A stretch of DNA of 64,000 nucleotides, from NCBI GenBank assembly GCA_963731515.1, contig CAVSVU010000014.1, positions 547,941 through 611,940 of the forward strand, in the 5' to 3' direction. The DNA comes from an uncultured Actinomycetes bacterium. Lineage in GTDB: Bacteria; Actinomycetota; Thermoleophilia; Gaiellales; JAICJC01. Positions 9,239 to 20,296 of this stretch are shown here, piece by piece (position 1 is the stretch's first letter; each line of letters begins with the position of its first letter). The notes beneath the pieces were generated by a model that saw only the letters and a program-made list of their open reading frames with translations, searched no databases and was not told the origin of the DNA. A program made the position numbers and the translations under genes.

Positions 9239-9489
9239 CCGCGCGGCCCGAGCTGGTCGCGGATGGCAGACGACGCGCGGCTGCGGGCCGCCCGGCCGTG
9301 GTCGACCCGGATCCGCCGGAGCGCCGGGACGAACACCTCGCGCAGGGCGTCGGCGCGGCCGTAGAGCTCGAGGGCGGCGACGATCGCGCCGTGCAGGCGG
9401 ACAGGGTCCGGCTCGGTGGTCCCGCGGACGATCCGGTCGACCAGGGCCGGCCGCCGGAAATCCGGGTCGACGGCCATCGGCCCGATCAT
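9217..9489 (-). CDS. Hypothetical protein (90 aa)
   Basis: Only the 3' part of the 379-aa track ORF lies in an otherwise empty gap. It has GC3-rich codons and starts at MIGPMAVDPDF. No family recognised. Confidence 0.3.
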   Translation of the reverse strand: MIGPMAVDPDFRRPALVDRIVRGTTEPDPVRLHGAIVAALELYGRADALREVFVPALRRIRVDHGRAARSRASSAIRDQLGPRGYQSPSA

Positions 9490-9591
9490 GCCCGAACGGG
9501 GTGATCGCGGCCATCCCCGCAACGGCCATCCGCCCTGCCCAGAATCTGGTAAGTCAGCCCGGGCCGCCGGGCGTTCCGGCACAATCCCCCC

Positions 9592-10281
9592 ATGCCCACC
9601 AGGATCGCCGTCGTGGGGGACCGCGACCCGAGCTACCTCACTCACCGCGAGCTCGACGCCACGCTCGCGCTGATGCCGCCCGGGGTCGACGCGCGCTGGG
9701 TGGCGACGGACGGGCCGGAGGCGACCCGCCTCGATCGCTTCGACGCGCTCTGGGTGGTGCCGGGCACGCCCTACCGCGACGAGCGGCCCGTCTTCGCAGG
9801 CATCGAGCGCGCCCGAACGGAAGGCGTGCCCATCCTGGGAACGTGCGGCGGGTTCCAGCACATGGTGGTCGAGTACGCGCGGAACGCCGCCGGCATCCCC
9901 GAGGCTGCGCACGCCGAGACCGCGCCCGACGCCGACGTGCACGCCGTCTCGCCGCTCGCCTGCAGCCTCGAGGGTGAGGTCCGCCAGGTGACGACCGTGC
10001 CCGGGACGCGCGTCGCCGAGCTGTGCGGCCCGGGCCCGTTCGCCGGGTTCCACTGGTGCAACTACGGGCTCGAGCCGTCCCTGCTCGACCGCCTGGTCGC
10101 GGCCGGGCTGGTGGTCTCGGCGACGGCGGCGGACGCCGGCGTCGAGGCGGTCGAGCTGCCCGATCACCCGTTCTACGTGGCGACGCTCTTCCAGCCTCAG
10201 GTGGGCGCGTCCGAGACCGGCGCGCTGCATCCGCTGATCGCCGCGCTCGTCGACGCGGCCGCCGGCGTCCGATCCGGCTGA
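9592..10281 (+). CDS. Class-I glutamine amidotransferase, CTP-synthase C-terminal-domain-like stand-alone protein
   Basis: GVPILGTCGGFQHMVVEYARN nucleophile-elbow Cys. HPFYVATLFQPQ His region. Length 229 aa. Confidence 0.8.
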   Translation: MPTRIAVVGDRDPSYLTHRELDATLALMPPGVDARWVATDGPEATRLDRFDALWVVPGTPYRDERPVFAGIERARTEGVPILGTCGGFQHMVVEYARNAAGIPEAAHAETAPDADVHAVSPLACSLEGEVRQVTTVPGTRVAELCGPGPFAGFHWCNYGLEPSLLDRLVAAGLVVSATAADAGVEAVELPDHPFYVATLFQPQVGASETGALHPLIAALVDAAAGVRSG

Positions 10282-10336
10282 GATCCGCGCCCCGGCGGGC
10301 TTAACAATTGGCGTCGGCAGCCGATTTCCCGGGGCG

Positions 10337-11698
10337 ATGCGCGACGCCCCCCGCACCCCCGCCGCCTCCTCGAAGGACGAGGAGCTCTACGCGAGCCAGC
10401 GCTCGCGCGTCGCGCTGCCGCTCGACGCCGACGAGCGCCTGCTCTCGGCCCTGCTCGGCGGCGCCTTCCTCGTGGTCGCGGTCGTGCTCGCGCTCACGGC
10501 CGGAGGCGGCCACGCGCCCGGCCCGATCGACGTCGGCGTGCTCGTGCTCGCCTTCGCGGCGCTCGCGAACGTCGAGTTCGAGATCGGCACCGGCGCCGCC
10601 ATCCCGACCCAGCTCGTGTTCGTCCCGATGCTCTTCCTGCTCCCGCTGGGATGGGTGCCGCTGGCGGTCGCGGCCGCGTCCTGGCTGTCGCTGAACGCCG
10701 ACGTCGTCCGCGGCCGCCGCCATCGCGAGCGGGTGTTCGTGCTGCTGTGCTCCTGCTGGTACGTGATCGGCCCGGTGCTCGTGCTGCTCGCCTTCGGCGA
10801 CGGCCCGCCGCAATGGGACCGCTGGCCGGTGTACGTCGCCGCCCTCGCCGCCCAGTTCGGCGCCGACCTCGCCAGCACCGCGCTGCGCGAGTGGCGGGCC
10901 GTGGCGAGCTGGCCGCGGCGCCTGCTCACCGCCGCCGGCATCGCCTACGGCGTCGACACCGCCCTCGCCCCGCTCGGGCTCCTCGCCGCCTTCGCCTCCA
11001 CGCAGATGCACTACGCCTTCCTGCTCGTCCTCCCGGTCGCGATCGTCCTCACCGTCTTCGCCGGCGAGCGCGGCCGCCGCATCACCGAGGAGATCAAGCT
11101 CTGGCGGACGCTCAAGGGCACCGTCGAGCTGCTCGGCGACATCATCGAGGCCGACGACGCCTACACGGGCACCCACAGCCAGGGAGTCGTCGAGCTCGTC
11201 CTCGCCGTCTCCGACGTGCTCGACCTGACGCCGGAGGAGCGCACCCAGGCGGAGTTCGCGGCGCTGCTCCACGACGTGGGCAAGATCCGCATCCCCAAGA
11301 CGATCATCCAGAAGCCCGGCCCGCTCACGGCCGACGAGCGCCGCCTGATCGAGACGCACACCGTCGAGGGCGAGCGCATCCTCGACCGCGTCGGCGGCTC
11401 CCTGGCCGAGATCGGCCGCCTCGTCCGCTCGTGCCACGAGCGCTACGACGGCACCGGCTACCCCGACCGCCTGGCCGGCGAGGACATCCCCCTCGTCGCC
11501 CGGATCGTGTGCTGCTGCGACGCCCTGAACGCGATGACGACCGACCGGCCCTACCGGGCCGCGCTCACCGCCGCCGAGGCCAGGGCCGAGCTGCGGGCCT
11601 GCTCGGGCACCCAGTTCGACCCGCGCATCGTCGAGGCGGTCATCGCGGTGCTCGGCGATGACGGCGAGGGCGACGTCGAGCTGGCCGCCGCGGCGTAG
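10337..11698 (+). CDS. Membrane-anchored HD-GYP-domain cyclic-di-GMP phosphodiesterase
   Basis: About 230 aa of hydrophobic N-terminal helices, then LLHDVGKIRIP (HD) and HERYDGTGYPDRL (GYP) motifs. Confidence 0.85.
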   Translation: MRDAPRTPAASSKDEELYASQRSRVALPLDADERLLSALLGGAFLVVAVVLALTAGGGHAPGPIDVGVLVLAFAALANVEFEIGTGAAIPTQLVFVPMLFLLPLGWVPLAVAAASWLSLNADVVRGRRHRERVFVLLCSCWYVIGPVLVLLAFGDGPPQWDRWPVYVAALAAQFGADLASTALREWRAVASWPRRLLTAAGIAYGVDTALAPLGLLAAFASTQMHYAFLLVLPVAIVLTVFAGERGRRITEEIKLWRTLKGTVELLGDIIEADDAYTGTHSQGVVELVLAVSDVLDLTPEERTQAEFAALLHDVGKIRIPKTIIQKPGPLTADERRLIETHTVEGERILDRVGGSLAEIGRLVRSCHERYDGTGYPDRLAGEDIPLVARIVCCCDALNAMTTDRPYRAALTAAEARAELRACSGTQFDPRIVEAVIAVLGDDGEGDVELAAAA

Positions 11699-11707
11699 GC
11701 CCCGCGC

Positions 11708-12307
11708 TCAGATCGGGTCGCGCCGGCCCCAGAGCGACGCCGACGCGACGTAGAAGATCGCGATCGCGGCGTACATCACCAGGCTCGCGTCGGCGCTCAC
11801 GAACGCGAGCAGCGTCCCGGTCAGGTACAGCAGCGGCCCCGGCAGGTAGCTGCGCGTGATGCCGGAGACCTCGCGCGGGTCGGCGCCGGGGGCCAGCAGG
11901 CCCGCACGGATCGCGTAGTGCCAGATGGCGTTGAAGAAGAGCGCCATCGTGACCATCACGCCTCCGTAGGCAACCGCCGCGGCGGCGGCGTTCGGGCTGC
12001 GCGCGTAGTGGGAGATGAGCGCCGTCGGGTAGGGCAGGACGGCGACCATCATGAGCAGGAAGATGTTCAGGCAGAGCAGCGGCCGGTCGCAGCGCTCGAT
12101 GTGCCGCATCAGCCCGTGATGGTTGATCCAGATGATGCCGATCGTGAGGAAGCTGACGGCGTAGCTCACGTCCGCCGGCCACTGCCGGGCGAGGGCATGC
12201 GCGAGCGATCCGTCCCCCACCTCGGGCACATGCAGGTCGAGGACGAGCAGGGTGATCGCGATCGCGAAGACCCCGTCGGAGAACGCCTCCATGCGCGTCT
12301 TTTCCAC
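11708..12307 (-). CDS. TMEM175-family (DUF1211) potassium-channel-like membrane protein
   Basis: Signature (R)MEAFSDGVFAIAITLLVLD plus six hydrophobic helices. Start is GTG 12307 or ATG 12292. The upstream part of the track ORF is an Arg-rich artefact. Confidence 0.8.
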   Translation of the reverse strand: MEKTRMEAFSDGVFAIAITLLVLDLHVPEVGDGSLAHALARQWPADVSYAVSFLTIGIIWINHHGLMRHIERCDRPLLCLNIFLLMMVAVLPYPTALISHYARSPNAAAAAVAYGGVMVTMALFFNAIWHYAIRAGLLAPGADPREVSGITRSYLPGPLLYLTGTLLAFVSADASLVMYAAIAIFYVASASLWGRRDPI

Positions 12308-12345
12308 GGGGCGGCACCCTACCGCGCCGATACAGTACCCGCTCG

Positions 12346-13980
<1,635 letters not shown>

Positions 13981-14011
13981 CCGAAGAGCGGGGACAGTTC
14001 CCATCGCTCGT

Positions 14012-14040
14012 GAATAAACGGGGTCTGACCCCGTTTATTC
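14012..14040. repeat. 29-bp perfect palindrome GAATAAACGGGGTCTGACCCCGTTTATTC (contains the GGGGTCWGACCCC unit); likely a bidirectional terminator
   Basis: Lies between convergent genes (ABC-F stop 13980, ABC ATPase stop 14039-14041). An imperfect GGGGACAGTTCCC unit lies at 13990-14002. Confidence 0.7.
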
Positions 14041-14794
14041 ACATACGGCCGGCGGCGATGATCCGGGCCAGGAACTGCTGGGTGCGCTCCTCGCGCGGCG
14101 CCGTGAAGATCTGACCCGGCGGCCCCTGCTCCAGGATCACGCCGCCGTCGAGGAAGCAGACGCGGCTCGCGATGTCGCGGGCGAAGCCCATCTCGTGGGT
14201 CGCGATCACCATCGTCATGCCGTCGCGGGCGAGCCCCCGCACGACCTCGAGCACCTCGGCGACGAGCTCGGGGTCGAGCGCGCTCGTCACCTCGTCGAGC
14301 AGCATCAGCCGCGGCCGCATCGCCAGCGCGCGGACGATCGCGACCCGCTGCTGCTGGCCGCCGGAGAGCCGGTCGGGGTAGTCGTCGACCTTCTCGGCCA
14401 GCCCGAACTGCGCCAGCAGGTCGCGGGCCTGCTCCTCGGCATCGGCCCGGGACAGGCCGAGCGCCCGGCGCGGCCCCAGCGTGACGTTTCGAAGGACGCT
14501 CATGTGCGGGAAGAGGTTGAACGCCTGGAAGACGATCCCCACTCCGCGGCGGACGCGGTTCACGTCGACGCGGGGCGCGGTGATCTCCTCCCCGTTCACG
14601 ACGATCCGGCCGGCGTCGATCGGCTCGAGCAGGTTCACGCACCGGAGCAGCGTCGACTTGCCCGATCCGGACGCGCCGATCAGGCACACGACCTCGTGCT
14701 CGGCGACGGTGAGGTCGATCCCGCGCAGCACCTCGCTCTTGCCGAACGACTTGCGCACGCCCTCGACGACGAGCCCGCCGGCCGGCTCGCTCAT
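14039..14794 (-). CDS. Polar amino-acid ABC transporter ATP-binding protein (GlnQ-like)
   Basis: Walker A GASGSGKST. Signature LSGGQQQRVAI. Walker B LMLLDEVTSALD. 251 aa. Confidence 0.9.
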   Translation of the reverse strand: MSEPAGGLVVEGVRKSFGKSEVLRGIDLTVAEHEVVCLIGASGSGKSTLLRCVNLLEPIDAGRIVVNGEEITAPRVDVNRVRRGVGIVFQAFNLFPHMSVLRNVTLGPRRALGLSRADAEEQARDLLAQFGLAEKVDDYPDRLSGGQQQRVAIVRALAMRPRLMLLDEVTSALDPELVAEVLEVVRGLARDGMTMVIATHEMGFARDIASRVCFLDGGVILEQGPPGQIFTAPREERTQQFLARIIAAGRM

Positions 14795-15633
14795 GCGATG
14801 CCCCCCACCTGCCGCCGCTGCCGCTCGCGCATGATCAGCCAGTCGGTGAACCGGGCCAGCGGGATCGTGAAGGCCACGAAGAACAGGGCCGCGATCACGT
14901 ACGGCGTGTAGTTGAAGTCGGCCGCCGAGTTGATGTTCGCCTGCTGGAGCGCGTCGACCGAGCCCAGCACCGACACGAGCGCCGTGTCCTTCTGCAGGCC
15001 GATGAAGTCGTTCAGAAGCGGCGGGATGACCCGCCGGACGGCCTGCGGGAGGATGACGAAGCGCAGCGTCTGGGCGCGCGTCAACCCGAGCGAGCGTGCG
15101 GCCGCCTCCTGGCTCGGGTGGATCGACTCGATCCCGGCCCGGTACACCTCGGACACGTAGGCGCTGTAGACGAGCACGAGCGCGACCACGCCCCAGACGA
15201 CCGGGTTGGTGGGGATCCCGGTCAGGTTGAGGCCGGGTATGCCGAACCCGAGCAGGTAGACGACCAGGATCGTCGGGATGCCGCGGAAGAGGTCGGTGTA
15301 GACGATCGCGAGCGCCCGCAGCGGGAAGAACACCGGCCCCGGCAGGCCGCGCAGGATCGCGATCACCAGCGCGAAGATCAGGATCAGCACCTCGGCGATC
15401 ACGAACATCTTCACGTTCAGCAGGAAGGCACGGGCGATGAGCGGGAAGGAGTCGCGCGCCTCGGCGCCGTTGAAGAACGAGTGCTTGACCGTCTCCCAGC
15501 CCGGCGCGTTCACGATCACCAGCGTGACGACGACCAGGAACACGACCGTGCTCAGGAGCGCGATCGACACGTTCGCCAGCGGGCCGGTCCCGCCCTGGAG
15601 GATGCGCGAGCGCCGCCCGGGGTCCGGCGTCAC
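14791..15633 (-). CDS. Polar amino-acid ABC transporter permease
   Basis: Multi-TM protein with the EAA-type loop (EAAARSLGLTRAQTLRFVILPQA). GTG 15633 overlaps the stop of the upstream binding-protein gene. The stop overlaps the ATPase start. Confidence 0.85.
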   Translation of the reverse strand: MTPDPGRRSRILQGGTGPLANVSIALLSTVVFLVVVTLVIVNAPGWETVKHSFFNGAEARDSFPLIARAFLLNVKMFVIAEVLILIFALVIAILRGLPGPVFFPLRALAIVYTDLFRGIPTILVVYLLGFGIPGLNLTGIPTNPVVWGVVALVLVYSAYVSEVYRAGIESIHPSQEAAARSLGLTRAQTLRFVILPQAVRRVIPPLLNDFIGLQKDTALVSVLGSVDALQQANINSAADFNYTPYVIAALFFVAFTIPLARFTDWLIMRERQRRQVGGIA

Positions 15634-16534
15634 TAGTGGAGGACGGGCGCGTTCGCCTTGTCGGAGAGCCAGGTCGTCTGGATCTGGTCCAGCGTGCCGT
15701 TCGACTTGAGCGCTGCGATCGCCTTGTCGACGCACGACGTCAGCGGGCTGCCCTTGGCGAGCACGAGACCGAACTGGCCGCTGCCGCCTGCGGAGGCCGG
15801 GAACTGGCCGACGATCGTGCTGTCGGGGATCTGCACGGCCGTCATGTAGAAGGCCGTCGGCAGGTCGACGACGATGCCGTCGATCTGGTGCGCCTTGAGC
15901 GCGTTGATCGCGTCGTTCAGCGTGTGGTAGGCGGACGGCTGCGGGCCGGGCTTGATCACGTTCGTGATCAGGTCATAGCTGGTCGTCCCGAGCTGGGTGC
16001 CGAGCTTGGCGCCCTTCAGGCGGCGATGCTGCTCGCGTGCGCGTACTTGTTGCTCTTGAGCGCGACGACCGACTGGTTCTCCGTGTAGTAGGGGCTCGAG
16101 AAGTCGACGGTCTCGGCGCGCTTCTTCGTGATCGACACCTGGGCCAGGTAGAAGTCGAAGTTCTTCGGGCCCGGCGCGTACGACTGGCCGAAGTGGGTGA
16201 CCGCCCACTTCACCTGCGGCTTCGTGAAGCCCATCTGCTTCGCGACGGCGTAGGCCACGGCGGCCTCGAAGCCCTTGCCGGTGTACGGGTTGTTGTTGTA
16301 CTGGCCCGTCCAGCCGCCGCCGGGGCCGCCGGTGAAGTACGGCGAGTAGGCCGGGTTGTCCGTCCCGATCGTGAGCGTGCCGGGATGCAGCAGCGCCAGG
16401 TTCTTCACGGCACACGGGTTCGAGCCGGGCGCCGACGACCCGGCCGTCGCGCCGCTCTTCGCCGTGCCGCAGCCGGCGGCGAGGGAGGCGACGAGGACGG
16501 GCAGAATCCAGACGAGCTTGCGCATGCGCACCAC
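15633..16534 (-). pseudogene. Family-3 amino-acid-binding lipoprotein of the ABC transporter, interrupted by one frameshift
   Basis: The lipobox LVASLAAGC and the N-terminal lobe are in the frame of ORF 16016-16534. The C-terminal lobe (LKGAKLGTQLGTTSYDL...) is in the frame of ORF 15633-16415. About 1 nt is missing near 16027-16033. Confidence 0.75.
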
Positions 16535-16600
16535 ACCGGAGGGGGTCGAGGGACGGCCTCCTACGATACCCCGAACCCGGTGCGGGCGCAGTGGTAAGCG

Positions 16601-16978
16601 CTAGCGCTTGGCGAGGTGCGCGCCGATGCGGACCCGCAGCTCCTGCGGGCTGAACGGCTTCGTGATGTAGTCGTCCGCGCCGAGCGAGAAGCCGGCGTCG
16701 ACGTCACGGTCCTGAGCGCGCGCGGTCAGCATGATCACCTTCATGTGGGAGCACTCGCTGTCGGAGCGGAGCTCGCGCAGCACGTCGAAGCCGCTGCGCT
16801 TCGGCATCATGACGTCCAGCACACACAGATCCGGCTGCTCGGAGCGGGCCAGTTCGAGGGCGGCCTGGCCGTCCGGGGCGGTCACGACCTGGTAGCCCTC
16901 CCGCTCGAGGCGGAACTTCACCAGGCGGAGCAGATGCGGCTCGTCATCGGCGACGAGAACCTTGGGGGAGTCGGTCAT
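16601..16978 (-). CDS. Single-domain response regulator (receiver only)
   Basis: Start MTDSPKVLVADDE. Phospho-acceptor context LCVLDVMMP. Also MLTA and YITKPF (conserved Lys). Confidence 0.85.
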   Translation of the reverse strand: MTDSPKVLVADDEPHLLRLVKFRLEREGYQVVTAPDGQAALELARSEQPDLCVLDVMMPKRSGFDVLRELRSDSECSHMKVIMLTARAQDRDVDAGFSLGADDYITKPFSPQELRVRIGAHLAKR

Positions 16979-17035
16979 GGCCGCTTCTTCGGCGGTCCGG
17001 CGCCCCGACTTGAGCACCAATTAGACTGCCCGCTC

Positions 17036-17731
17036 ATGCACACCGACCGCCGCGCGTTCCTGCGTGTCATGGCCGAGTTCCCGGTGGGCGTGACCCGCCT
17101 CGATGCGAGCGACGACCAGGAGTCGTCGTTCTCGGGGACGACGGTGAACATCTGCGCCGGCGGCGCCAAGATGATCGCCCCGGCGGACGTCGCCGCGGGC
17201 GAGCGCCTGCGGATCGAGGTGCGCTTCGCCCAGCCGCCGTTCCTGGTCTTCACCGACGCCACGGTCACCCGGGTCGACCCGGCCGCCGACGGGCGGGTGG
17301 AGTGCGCACTGCGGTTCGACGACCTCGACATCTACATCGAGCAGCGGATCGTGCGCTGGGTGTTCTCGGAGCAGCGCCGGGTGGCCGAGCGCCGCGCCGC
17401 CGTCCGCGTGCCGGTCGAGGTGCCGGCGTGGTGCGAGCCGACGGCGGGCGGGGAGCAGTTCAAGGCGCGGACGATCGACCTCGCCGGCGACGGCGCCCGC
17501 ATCGTCAGCGACCGTGCGCTCGTGCCGGGCGACCAGGTGCACATCCAGCTCGACGTCGACGAGCCGGCCTACCGGGTGGCGTGCGTGGCCGAGGTCGTGT
17601 GGGCCAACATGGTCGGCGACGACCGCTGGGCCTACGGCCTGCGCTTCCACGGCCTCGACCGGCCCACCCAGCGCCAGATCGTCGACCACGCTCTCGCGGC
17701 CGAGAGCGCGCAGCGGCGCCCGTCGCCCTAG
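17036..17731 (+). CDS. Tandem PilZ-domain protein (putative cyclic-di-GMP receptor)
   Basis: Two PilZ-like halves. First: RAFLR (RxxxR) with NICAGG. Second: RVAER with DLAGDG. The canonical Ser of D/NxSxxG is replaced by Cys in the first and Ala in the second. Confidence 0.7.
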   Translation: MHTDRRAFLRVMAEFPVGVTRLDASDDQESSFSGTTVNICAGGAKMIAPADVAAGERLRIEVRFAQPPFLVFTDATVTRVDPAADGRVECALRFDDLDIYIEQRIVRWVFSEQRRVAERRAAVRVPVEVPAWCEPTAGGEQFKARTIDLAGDGARIVSDRALVPGDQVHIQLDVDEPAYRVACVAEVVWANMVGDDRWAYGLRFHGLDRPTQRQIVDHALAAESAQRRPSP

Positions 17732-17736
17732 GGCAT

Positions 17737-17891
17737 CAGGTGCCTGGCTCCGCGCAGCGGTGCCTGGCACCGGTCGGCCTGAACGCCAAGCGCCGATTCT
17801 CGCTGGTCCGGTGCCAGGCACCGGGCGTAGGGCCGCTAAACGCCAGCGACGACTCGGAAGCCCGGACATCGCCGCTGGTGCCAGGCACCAG
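17737..17891. repeat. Cluster of four GGTGCCWGGCACC-type palindromic units (REP/BIME-like)
   Basis: Units at about 17739-17749 (truncated), 17758-17772, 17808-17824 and 17875-17891. They lie between convergent genes. The same unit pair recurs at 49961-49998. Confidence 0.8.
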
Positions 17892-17902
17892 CAGGGGGCT
17901 GC

Positions 17903-18205
17903 TTAGTCCCAGCTGAACTCGGAGGCGGTCTTCGTCTCCATCCACCCGAGCGGCTCGTCCGTGGCCTCCACGGCCGGCATGCTCAGGGTGTCGGGCGGCG
18001 GCGGGTCGGCCACCACGGGGTGCTCGCCAGTCTCCTCCTCCTCGCGCCGGGCATCGGCCTCGGTCTTGAAGAGCGGGTGGTTGGCGAAGGGATCGTCACC
18101 GATGAACTCGTCCAGAGGCTGGTCGTCATCGAGGTGCTGGTTCCTGCGCTTCAGCTCGAGATGATGCTCGATCGCAGACGCGAACAGCGAGCCGTCCGTG
18201 GTCAT
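17903..18205 (-). CDS. Hypothetical acidic protein (100 aa)
   Basis: GAGAGGGG lies upstream of ATG 18205. GC3-rich frame. MTTDGSLFASAIEHHLELKRRNQHLDDDQPLDEF... No family recognised. Confidence 0.45.
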   Translation of the reverse strand: MTTDGSLFASAIEHHLELKRRNQHLDDDQPLDEFIGDDPFANHPLFKTEADARREEEETGEHPVVADPPPPDTLSMPAVEATDEPLGWMETKTASEFSWD

Positions 18206-18310
18206 GGGCAATCCCCTCTCAAGATCGGATTCACTCATCCAGCGCCGCCCGCGCGCTCGGACGAGTGTACCAACTCGTGGTGCTCTGCGTCCGCATTCTG
18301 ACTCTGTTCG

Positions 18311-20185
18311 TCACCATGCGCCCGACACCGTGACGTGGTTCTTCCCCTCCCGCTTGGCCTGGTAGAGCGCGGCGTCGGCCGAGGCGATGAGGTCGATCTG
18401 CGTCTGATCGTCCACGGGGCCGGCGGCGACGCCGAAGCTGGCGGTGACGCCCGTGATCTCCTCGGTGCCGAACCGGATCGAACGGGCCGCGATCTCGGTC
18501 CGGAGCCGCTCTGCCAGGTTGGCTGCGCCGTCCGGCCCGGTCTGCGGCAGCAGGACGGCGAACTCCTCGCCGCCGTAGCGGGACGCCAGGTCGATCTCGC
18601 GGATGACCTCGGCCAGCGTGGCGGCGACGCTGTGGAGAACGGCGTCGCCCGCGAGGTGGCCGCGGCTGTCATTGATCACCTTGAAGTCGTCGATGTCGAG
18701 CAGGATCAGCGAGACGGGCTGCCCGAACCGCTGGGCGCGCTCGTACTCGCGGCCGAGCACCTCGTAGAACTGTCGCCTGTTGGCAAGCCCGGTGAGCGCG
18801 TCCGTCACGGCCTGGCGCTCGACGACGCGGTGCAGGCGGGCGTTCTCGATGGCGACGCCGGCCTGCAGGGCGAGGGCCGAGAGGGCCTCGACGTCCTCGT
18901 CCGAGAAGGCCCCCTCCTCGGGGTCGATCGCGGTCACCAGACCCAGGAGGTGATGCTCGCGCAGTATCGGCACAGCCAGCACCGCGCGCGGCACCTGGCT
19001 GACGCGGGGCTCGTGCGTCGCGAGGGCGTCGCCCTCGAGGCCGTCGCCGGCGGCGACCACAACGGGCAGGTCGGAGCGCAGGCCGCGGGCCGTGCCGATG
19101 CGGGACTGCTCGATCGCCTCGCCCCGCTCGGCGTCGTAGAGGAGCAGCCGGCCGCCGCGGGCGCGCGTGGCCTGCACGGCCGTGTCGAGCACGGCGCCCA
19201 CGAGGGCGTTCAGGTCGTGGGTCGCGGCGAGCGTCTCGCCGTAGCGCTGCAGCGTCTCCTTGAAGCGGCCGCGCTCGGCCTCGAGCTCGCCCATGCGCGA
19301 GGTGAGCTCGGTCGAGATCTCGTCGATCGTGGTGCCGAGCTGCGTCAGCTCGTCGCCGGCGGGGCGGGCGCGGGTGAGCCCGGCGGCGCGGCCGGCGAGC
19401 TCGGTCAGCGCGCGCGAGATGCGATCGGCCGCGAAGATGGCGCCGCCGACGAGGACCAGCCCGAGCAGCAGCAGGGGCACGAGGATGCGCAGGCGCTGCG
19501 AGTCGATGGCGTTCGAGAGCGTGGACGACGGGTAGGTGGCGACGACGTACGCACGGCCCCCCGTGGTGCCCGGGATGTGGATCGCGCGGGCACGCACAGC
19601 CGTGCCCGAGACGGTTGCAGAGCCGACGCCGGCGCGCAGGCCCGTTACCGGCCCGAGGACGTGGTTGGTCGATGCGACCGCCTTCCCCCCGGCGACGAGG
19701 GCGATCTGAACGTTCTCAGGCCAGTCGTTCCCTTTCGTGATCGACGCCAGGAGCTCGGGACCGATCGGGAGGTAGACGTCGACCGCGCCGATCCTTCGGC
19801 CGTTCGCGTTCCTGTAGACCACCTGCGTTTTCGCCGCCGTCTCCGGAGGGGGGTTGCCGGAGATCGGCTTTCCGTTCTTCCCGACGAGGACGAGCCGCAT
19901 TCCCGCCGGCGTGTGGATCGCCTGGGGAAGATGCGCCGGTCTCTGTTTGCCGACGAACAGGAGCTGCACCTTGGGGTTCTGCGCGACCTGCTGCGCGAAG
20001 GCCGTGGCCTGGCTCAGCTTGATCTGGTACGCCGCCGCCGCCGCCGTCGCCGACACGGCGACGCGGTTGTCGACGCGGGTCACCTGGTCGTGCTCGAGCA
20101 GCGCCCCGACGAGCACGCCGGTGGCCGCCAGCGGCACGATCGCCAGCCCGACCAGCACGATGGAAAGCTTGTGGCGAAAGCGCAT
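18311..20185 (-). CDS. Membrane-bound diguanylate cyclase (TM - extracytoplasmic region - TM - HAMP/GAF-like - GGDEF)
   Basis: N-terminal TM (IVLVGLAIVPLAATGVLVGALL). Second TM at about aa 230. GAF-like region. GGDEF domain with RYGGEEFAV active site and an REID I-site 5 residues upstream. Confidence 0.9.
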   Translation of the reverse strand: MRFRHKLSIVLVGLAIVPLAATGVLVGALLEHDQVTRVDNRVAVSATAAAAAYQIKLSQATAFAQQVAQNPKVQLLFVGKQRPAHLPQAIHTPAGMRLVLVGKNGKPISGNPPPETAAKTQVVYRNANGRRIGAVDVYLPIGPELLASITKGNDWPENVQIALVAGGKAVASTNHVLGPVTGLRAGVGSATVSGTAVRARAIHIPGTTGGRAYVVATYPSSTLSNAIDSQRLRILVPLLLLGLVLVGGAIFAADRISRALTELAGRAAGLTRARPAGDELTQLGTTIDEISTELTSRMGELEAERGRFKETLQRYGETLAATHDLNALVGAVLDTAVQATRARGGRLLLYDAERGEAIEQSRIGTARGLRSDLPVVVAAGDGLEGDALATHEPRVSQVPRAVLAVPILREHHLLGLVTAIDPEEGAFSDEDVEALSALALQAGVAIENARLHRVVERQAVTDALTGLANRRQFYEVLGREYERAQRFGQPVSLILLDIDDFKVINDSRGHLAGDAVLHSVAATLAEVIREIDLASRYGGEEFAVLLPQTGPDGAANLAERLRTEIAARSIRFGTEEITGVTASFGVAAGPVDDQTQIDLIASADAALYQAKREGKNHVTVSGAW

Positions 20186-20296
20186 CCGGCGTCTAACCCT
20201 CTCGCACGACCCGTTCCTCAGACAAAATTACACGATTCCCGCTCCAACCAGGGCTTTTTCGCCGCGGAGAGCGGCGATCCTCGTTTCGCGCCCGTC

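Noticed and set aside
9490-10356. The upstream two-thirds of the 379-aa minus-strand ORF 9217-10356.
   Set aside because: It is antisense to the well-supported glutamine amidotransferase gene (9592-10281) and has an Arg/Gly/Pro-rich translation. Only the last 90 codons, which lie in a gene-free gap, were kept, at low confidence.
20186-20296. Hairpin CGCCGC-GGAGAG-CGGCG with an adjacent T run between the E1 beta gene and the diguanylate cyclase gene, considered as a terminator.
   Set aside because: Both flanking genes are on the minus strand. On that strand the hairpin is followed by A residues, not U residues, because the T run is on the wrong side. It is not a canonical intrinsic terminator.
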